UHGV virus genome: UHGV-1550242
Strand: one strand, 5' to 3'
DNA: 10,290 nt
Source of the DNA: a virus
In this document: positions 5,921 through 10,290 of the stretch, in pieces
How the letters are laid out: the number at the start of each line of letters is the position of its first letter
How positions within the stretch are numbered: the first letter of the stretch is position 1
Position numbers and translations under genes: made by a program
Notes under the pieces: model-generated
What the model saw: the letters and a program-made list of their open reading frames with translations, nothing else
Told to the model about the DNA's origin: nothing
The model's database searches: none

Positions 5921-7898
5921 AGGTCGTAAATTGAAAGAGGCTGGTCAGTTTGTTGGTCATTGTGCATGTCCACGTTGTGGTTCATCAGATGCTGGTTCAA
6001 TCTACCATCACGACGATGATTCTTATTCAATGACTTGCTTTAGTTGTAATAAAGGTTTCCCAGAGTGGGATTTTGATAAAGGACAAATTGTGAGCACTTA
6101 TTCTACTGGTTCAGATAATAAAAACCGTACTTTCCGTGGAATGGATTTAGACGATGTAAAAGAAAACCTTGAAGCAATGGACTTGAAAGACAGGAAGATT
6201 CCTGCAAAAGTTCTTGAACGCTTAGGTATCAAGGTTGACATTGACAGTGATGGTGAAATTGATGCACATTTCTATCCGACTTACAAACGTAATGAAGATG
6301 GCAAACTAGAACATGTTGGCTACCGTGTTCGTCACCGTTACCCAGAGGACCATCCAAAAGAACACCTACGTGGTAAGCTAAAAGACTTTTCAGGTGGTGT
6401 TGGAGACATTAAAGGTGAACTGGCAATGTTCGGTTCATGGATTGCTCCAGAAGGTGGCAACCGTCTATTCATCTGGGAAGGTGAGATGGAATGTGCTACG
6501 GCAATCTACATGACTTCTCTGGCAATTAAAGATAAGTCTCGTCGTAAGAACTACTGTCACGTATCTGTTCCATCGGGTGCAAACATTAAGTCTATCAAAG
6601 ACAACTATCAGTACATCACATCATTTGATGAGATTTACTTGTGCTTTGATAACGATGAAGCAGGTGCTAAAGCTACCAAAGAGGCTGCTGGTATCCTTCC
6701 GATTGAGAAGGTTCGTTTATTCCAGTATCCAGAAGGTGTAAAAGACCTTAATGAATGGTGGACAAAGTTCTATAAAGAGAAAGACACAGTTCTGGAAGGA
6801 TTTAAGCAGCGTATCTACAATGCACCTCGTTACTGTCCTGCTGGTATCAAGAACTTTGCAGACGGTTTTGAGGCAATGAAGAATCGTGGTCAGATTCCAT
6901 TGATTCCTTTCCCAGAATCTTTCGGGGATTTGAACAGATTGACTTATGGTGGTTACGGTTTAGGTGAGATTACGACTATTGCAGCCCCATCTTCGGTAGG
7001 TAAGTCAGCTTACACTCGTGAGATGATTTATTCAGCTTGGAAAGAAACTGATTATAATATCGGTGTAATTCCTGTAGAAGATACCTATGAAGAGTTGATG
7101 GAGATGCTCTGTGCAATCCACCTAAGCAAGCAGATTTCTGAGATTCCTTATGATGAACGAGATTGGGATGAATTAAAGGGAGCACACGCAGAGCTTTCAA
7201 AAGGTCGTCGCATCCATATCGTTGACCATCAAGGGGCGATTGACCAAGATAACCTGCTGGAGTTTGTTGACTATCTTGTTAACAGTTTAGACTGTAAGAT
7301 TATTATTCTTGACCCTATTACATTGGCTCTGTCACGTTCTGATACGGATGAAGAGGAAGTCTTGTCTGAACTATTGCGTCGTTGCAAACGCTACCAGTAT
7401 GCACAGGTAAACGTTTGTCACGTTCGTAAGAGTGCAGGTGGTCAGAAAGCTAACTCTGAAGGTGGAGATATCTCTGAAGAGGATATTAAGGGTTCTGGTG
7501 CGTATTTCCAGATTTCCATGAACAACATTCTGTTAATGCGTAACAAGGTTGACCCAGACCCTGTTAAGAAAAACTTGACAAAAATCAAGTTAACTAAGTG
7601 TCGTCGTCATGGTAAGTCAACAGGTATTGCTGGTCATACTTGGTACAATCCAGACACAGGACGTCTTATCAAAGCTTCTGGATGTGGTGTTGACATTGAT
7701 GGTGCAGCAGAAAATATTCGTCAACAGTTTGGTATTGGTGAAGCTGAAGACCATTATGACGACTCTTTACCTCATTATGAAGATGAAGTGTTTGACCGTG
7801 AGACTGGTGAAGTCTATACTGAAGAACAGCGTCAAAGCTCAACGATTCCACCTGTATTAAGTGAGGATGCAGATGACTGCCCGTTTGAAACTGAGTGA
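5913..7898 (+). CDS. Bifunctional DNA primase-helicase (T7 gp4-like: zinc ribbon, TOPRIM primase, DnaB-family helicase)
   Basis: Track ORF 5907..7898 begins at a GTG. I prefer the ATG at 5913 with AAGAGG at 5901-5906. Cys4 zinc ribbon CPRCGSSD...CFSCN (T7 CDNCGSSD...CYVC); TOPRIM WEGEMECATAIYM and LCFDNDEAGAKATKEAAGILP (T7 TEGEIDMLTVMEL and MFDMDEAGRKAVEEAAQVLP); Walker A APSSVGKSAYT; Walker B KIIILDPITLALS (T7 DVIILDHISIVVS); KCRRHGKSTGIAGHTWYNPDTGRL (T7 [23 protein letters not shown]); acidic C-terminus ...SEDADDCPFETE. Confidence 0.9.
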   Translation: MSKGRKLKEAGQFVGHCACPRCGSSDAGSIYHHDDDSYSMTCFSCNKGFPEWDFDKGQIVSTYSTGSDNKNRTFRGMDLDDVKENLEAMDLKDRKIPAKVLERLGIKVDIDSDGEIDAHFYPTYKRNEDGKLEHVGYRVRHRYPEDHPKEHLRGKLKDFSGGVGDIKGELAMFGSWIAPEGGNRLFIWEGEMECATAIYMTSLAIKDKSRRKNYCHVSVPSGANIKSIKDNYQYITSFDEIYLCFDNDEAGAKATKEAAGILPIEKVRLFQYPEGVKDLNEWWTKFYKEKDTVLEGFKQRIYNAPRYCPAGIKNFADGFEAMKNRGQIPLIPFPESFGDLNRLTYGGYGLGEITTIAAPSSVGKSAYTREMIYSAWKETDYNIGVIPVEDTYEELMEMLCAIHLSKQISEIPYDERDWDELKGAHAELSKGRRIHIVDHQGAIDQDNLLEFVDYLVNSLDCKIIILDPITLALSRSDTDEEEVLSELLRRCKRYQYAQVNVCHVRKSAGGQKANSEGGDISEEDIKGSGAYFQISMNNILLMRNKVDPDPVKKNLTKIKLTKCRRHGKSTGIAGHTWYNPDTGRLIKASGCGVDIDGAAENIRQQFGIGEAEDHYDDSLPHYEDEVFDRETGEVYTEEQRQSSTIPPVLSEDADDCPFETE

Positions 7899-8154
7899 TA
7901 GTTATAAAAGAGAGGGGTTCATACCCTTCTTTGAAGAAAAAAGTTTAAATGAATTTCAGGAAGAGTGTTTGACAAAGGTTGATAGGTTCTATAGAATGCT
8001 CTACATGAAATGTGATGGAGGCGTTGAGGTAGAAGAAAAGTTCCATCACAGTATGATAACAGTCACTATTACTATACCTCGACATAATATTGGTTGGCTG
8101 TTTATAATTAAAGAAAATGTGTTTGAATATCAAGTATATCGGAGAATATCATGA
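7873..8154 (+). CDS. Hypothetical small ORF, start uncertain (93 aa from ATG 7873; alternative 49 aa from ATG 8005)
   Basis: Track ORF 7861..8154 begins at a GTG inside the primase-helicase 3' end. The ATG at 7873 has GAGGA 5 nt upstream but overlaps the helicase end, and the ORF would contain promoter P1. The in-frame ATG at 8005 sits at the predicted P1 transcription start and has no Shine-Dalgarno. Stop TGA at 8152-8154 overlaps the next ATG (ATGA). It may be non-coding leader. Confidence 0.25.
   Translation: MTARLKLSDSYKREGFIPFFEEKSLNEFQEECLTKVDRFYRMLYMKCDGGVEVEEKFHHSMITVTITIPRHNIGWLFIIKENVFEYQVYRRIS
7969..7997 (+). promoter_or_regulatory. Sigma70-type promoter P1: TTGACA (7969-7974), 17-nt spacer, TAGAAT (7992-7997)
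   Basis: Consensus -35 hexamer, 17-nt spacing and a -10 with the key positions. Flanks match promoter P2 (TGTTTGACAA ... TAGAAT). The predicted transcription start is about 8004-8005, directly at an ATG (8005). Confidence 0.55.
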
Positions 8155-8300
8155 AACACTCTAAAGCATTTGAACAAGTTTTTGGGGATTCCTTAAAAGC
8201 CACTGCTGGTAAACCAGCAAAATACTATGAAGAGAAGCGTGTAAGAACTGGAAAAACTGCACGTAAAACAGCTTCTAAAGATAAGCACAACTTCCAGTAA
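8151..8300 (+). CDS. Hypothetical small lysine-rich protein (49 aa)
   Basis: Not in the ORF track (below its length cutoff). ATG at 8151 with GGAGA at 8141-8145 (5-nt spacing). My translation: MKHSKAFEQVFGDSLKATAGKPAKYYEEKRVRTGKTARKTASKDKHNFQ, stop TAA at 8298-8300. It fills the otherwise unassigned gap before promoter P2. Confidence 0.45.
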   Translation: MKHSKAFEQVFGDSLKATAGKPAKYYEEKRVRTGKTARKTASKDKHNFQ

Positions 8301-8307
8301 TTAATGT

Positions 8308-8336
8308 TTGACAATAGATTATCAACAAATTAGAAT
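8308..8336 (+). promoter_or_regulatory. Sigma70-type promoter P2: TTGACA (8308-8313), 17-nt spacer, TAGAAT (8331-8336)
   Basis: Same architecture and flanking bases as P1 (ATGTTTGACAA ... TAGAAT). It sits 36 bp upstream of the ATG at 8373, with GAGG at 8361-8364. Confidence 0.55.
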
Positions 8337-8372
8337 TGGTACTCTTCATAAATTGAGATAGAGGTTTAAATA

Positions 8373-9230
8373 ATGTCTAAAGTTGTTAAAATGAAAGCTC
8401 CGGTAGAGAAGTACAATGGTACTGAACGTCAAACTCTGCGTTACCTTCTGAAAGATGTTTGGTTTTATTACCTGAACACTTCACCACGTCCGGGAAAAGG
8501 TAAATCTATTGATAAGAAATTCCCAGGCAAAGATTGTAACTACAGTGTTTCAATTCTGGCAGAAGATGGTAACAAGCTGTTTAAAGAGTTTACTAAGTCT
8601 AAGAAAAACCCAGAAGGTTGGGATAAAGTTACTACTGAAGCAGTTGATGCAGATGACTTCGAAGAGAAGTTTGGTTGCAAACCACCATTTGAAGCAGACA
8701 CTTACTACATCTTGAAAGTAAGTCGTGCAGCAGCTTATAAAGATGGTGCTGTGTGGACAGCTAAACAGTCATTCCCTGTAATGCTTATTGAAGAAGTAAA
8801 TGGTAAGCGTGTAGCTGTTAAGCAGCCGATGAAGAAAATCAAAGCTCAAGCATCTGATAAACATGAAGATGATAAGAACTATGATGTAATTCATCCAGAT
8901 ATTGCAGTTGGCAACGGTTCTTTTGGTAGTGTGATTCTTTCTACTCACTTCTACACTTTTGAGAACAATGTTCTGACAAAACCTATTCAGGAACAGTTTA
9001 TCATTGATACTCTTGTACCTTACACTGGTGGTAACGGTGCTAACGGTGAACCTGAACTGGATGAAGACGAACTGGCTATGCTTGGTCTTGATGGTGTCGA
9101 AGATAACGGTGAAATCACTGAAGAAGACGCAACAGACCACAAACCTTCTAACGGTTCTGATGATGGTGACGATGAAGATTTGCCAGACCCAGATGACGAA
9201 GAAGATGAAGACTTCGATACAGAAGACTAA
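8373..9230 (+). CDS. Hypothetical protein (285 aa); candidate ssDNA-binding protein with acidic C-terminal tail (T7 gp2.5-like role)
   Basis: Track ORF with its own promoter and ribosome-binding site. The N-terminal two thirds are lysine-rich and globular-looking. The last ~60 residues are an Asp/Glu-rich, low-complexity tail ending ...DPDDEEDEDFDTED, with a Phe near the terminus, as in the T7 gp2.5 tail (...EEADEDGDF). The gene sits between primase-helicase and exonuclease. The confidence given is for the functional call; confidence that this is a real gene is higher (about 0.85). Confidence 0.45.
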   Translation: MSKVVKMKAPVEKYNGTERQTLRYLLKDVWFYYLNTSPRPGKGKSIDKKFPGKDCNYSVSILAEDGNKLFKEFTKSKKNPEGWDKVTTEAVDADDFEEKFGCKPPFEADTYYILKVSRAAAYKDGAVWTAKQSFPVMLIEEVNGKRVAVKQPMKKIKAQASDKHEDDKNYDVIHPDIAVGNGSFGSVILSTHFYTFENNVLTKPIQEQFIIDTLVPYTGGNGANGEPELDEDELAMLGLDGVEDNGEITEEDATDHKPSNGSDDGDDEDLPDPDDEEDEDFDTED

Positions 9231-9250
9231 TCTCTAAAAGTTACTTTAAA

Positions 9251-9276
9251 GCCCTGTACTTAGTATGGGGCTTTTT
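9251..9276 (+). terminator. Intrinsic (Rho-independent) terminator hairpin
   Basis: GCCCTGTA (9251-9258), loop CTTAG, TATGGGGC (9264-9271): an 8-bp stem with two G-U pairs, followed by TTTTT (9272-9276). It lies immediately after the SSB-candidate stop and before the exonuclease ribosome-binding site. Its overall shape resembles the terminator at 4925-4948. Confidence 0.6.
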
Positions 9277-9292
9277 CATATGGAGAGCCATA

Positions 9293-10290
9293 ATGGAGAA
9301 GTACACATTAACAAAACTTCCCGATTCAGTTACACATGTTTTTATTGACTCTGACAGTATTGCCTATAAAGGTGCTTGTGTAGTTGAGAAAGCAAAATAT
9401 AAATACGTCAATAAACTCACAGCAGAAGAATCTGAGCCATTTGATAATGCGAAAGATGCTGCAAGATGGTTAGCAGACCAGAGAATCCTTGTGGAAGAAC
9501 TTGGCCTGACATTTGATGAAGATGAATGGGAAAGACAGACTTGGAAAGAAGCTAAGAGTGAAAAAGAAGCTATCATGGCTACTCAACAGGTTCTTCAGGA
9601 ATGGCTTAAGGTGGTTGGTAAAGAGAGAACTTGGGTAGGTTACTTAACAGAGAAAGGTGTGCATAAACACAAAGACATTAAAGGTCTTGAGCACCAATAT
9701 CAAGGTAACCGCAAAGATGCTGTCACACCAACACACTTAGTTGCTTGTCGTGAGTATCTTCTGTCAAGACCAGAGTTCAAATTGATTCTTGATGGATTTG
9801 AAGCTGACTCTATCGTTATTGCTAAAGCTGAAAAAATGGGAAAAAAGGCTGCATTAATGAGTATTGATAAAGACCTTCGCCAAGCTGAAGGGACTTACTG
9901 CATTGATATGACCTATGAAAAGTCGCCTTTGATTTTCATTGCTGATAACAACGTTGGTGAAATTTGGGATTGTCCAATAAAATCGACACCAAAAGCTAAG
10001 AAGACAGTTGGGGTAGGTTTTAAATTTCTTTGTTACCAAGCTGTGGCTGGTGATAATGCGGATAATTATTTTGGTTTAAAGGGTGTTGGTAAGGTTACTA
10101 TAATGAAAGCCCTTGAAGGTAAAACCACTTACAAAGAGTGTCTTGATGCAATTTATGAGCTTTATGCTAAGAAAGAGTCATACACTTATGTCTCGTGGGA
10201 TGGTCAAACAATTACCAGAACACCTTTAGAGTTAATGCAGCAACACTTTTTCTTAGCTTATCAGGAAAGAAACAAGAAAGACGATTTCAC
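9293..10290 (+). CDS. 5'-3' exonuclease (T7 gp6-like, FEN/PIN-fold family), 3' end beyond the window
   Basis: Not in the ORF track because it has no stop in the window. ATG at 9293 with GGAGAG at 9282-9287. My manual translation is open to the right edge. Collinear similarity to T7 gp6 as I recall it: VFIDSDSIAYKGACVVE (T7 VMDGDWLVFQAMSAAE); QYQGNRKDAV...EFKLILDGFEADSIVIAKAE (T7 NYKANRKAVK...REPMLEGDDVMGVIAS); MSIDKDLRQA (T7 ISCDKDFKTI). Confidence 0.8.
   Translation, partial: MEKYTLTKLPDSVTHVFIDSDSIAYKGACVVEKAKYKYVNKLTAEESEPFDNAKDAARWLADQRILVEELGLTFDEDEWERQTWKEAKSEKEAIMATQQVLQEWLKVVGKERTWVGYLTEKGVHKHKDIKGLEHQYQGNRKDAVTPTHLVACREYLLSRPEFKLILDGFEADSIVIAKAEKMGKKAALMSIDKDLRQAEGTYCIDMTYEKSPLIFIADNNVGEIWDCPIKSTPKAKKTVGVGFKFLCYQAVAGDNADNYFGLKGVGKVTIMKALEGKTTYKECLDAIYELYAKKESYTYVSWDGQTITRTPLELMQQHFFLAYQERNKKDDF

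Noticed and set aside
6976-7860. ORFs 6976..7200 (minus), 7609..7860 (plus) and 7669..7851 (minus) inside the primase-helicase gene
   Set aside because: They are embedded in a reading frame carrying zinc-ribbon, TOPRIM and Walker motifs; treated as shadow ORFs.
7899-7935. Possible terminator hairpin just after the primase-helicase stop (GAGGGG ... CCCTTC)
   Set aside because: The stem is short with a mismatch and wobble pair, and no T-run follows directly (TTTGAAGAAAAAAG). It is much weaker than the two hairpins reported.
3540-9660. Exact 13-mer GGTTACTTAACAG shared between the intergenic region (3540-3552) and the exonuclease coding sequence (9648-9660)
   Set aside because: A single 13-mer coincidence is within chance expectation for a window of this size and AT bias, and the second copy is ordinary coding sequence (VGYLTEK).
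8509-10039. ORFs 8509..8715, 8769..9140 and 9004..9237 within the SSB-candidate gene, and minus-strand ORFs 9364..9576 and 9854..10039 within the exonuclease gene
   Set aside because: Out-of-frame or antisense overlaps with better-supported genes. The GA-rich acidic-tail coding region readily generates spurious alternative frames.
1-10290. Checked for tRNA genes, CRISPR repeats, integrase or attachment-site repeats, and toxin-antitoxin-like pairs
   Set aside because: None seen. The intergenic regions are short and AT-rich with no cloverleaf-capable GC-rich segments, there are no regularly spaced direct repeats, and no recombinase motifs appear in any frame.

Overview
The window reads as part of an AT-rich lytic phage genome (or prophage) covering a DNA replication and nucleotide metabolism module. 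A leftward unit (minus strand) encodes a T7 gp5-like family A DNA polymerase, then an HNH-AP2 homing endonuclease joined to it by a 1-nt stop/start overlap, then the start of a further gene that runs off the left edge. A 227-bp AT-rich divergent intergenic region (3455-3681) separates this from a tightly packed rightward unit. That unit encodes two uncharacterised proteins (140 aa and a strongly acidic 266 aa), a T4 gp1-like dNMP kinase, a small coiled-coil ORF, a T7 gp4-like primase-helicase, small ORFs, a candidate ssDNA-binding protein with an acidic C-terminal tail, and the 5' part of a T7 gp6-like 5'-3' exonuclease that runs off the right edge. Two near-identical sigma70-type promoters (TGTTTGACAA-N17-TAGAAT) and two intrinsic terminator hairpins are visible. 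I found no tRNA, CRISPR array, integrase or attachment-site signature. I do not see a clear novel defence or other system. The best candidates for undescribed biology are the two uncharacterised genes heading the rightward operon, the small ORFs between the primase-helicase and the SSB candidate, and the regulatory architecture of the divergent intergenic region. All homology statements come from reading motifs by eye against remembered family sequences; no database search was run. CDS coordinates include the stop codon, as in the supplied ORF track.
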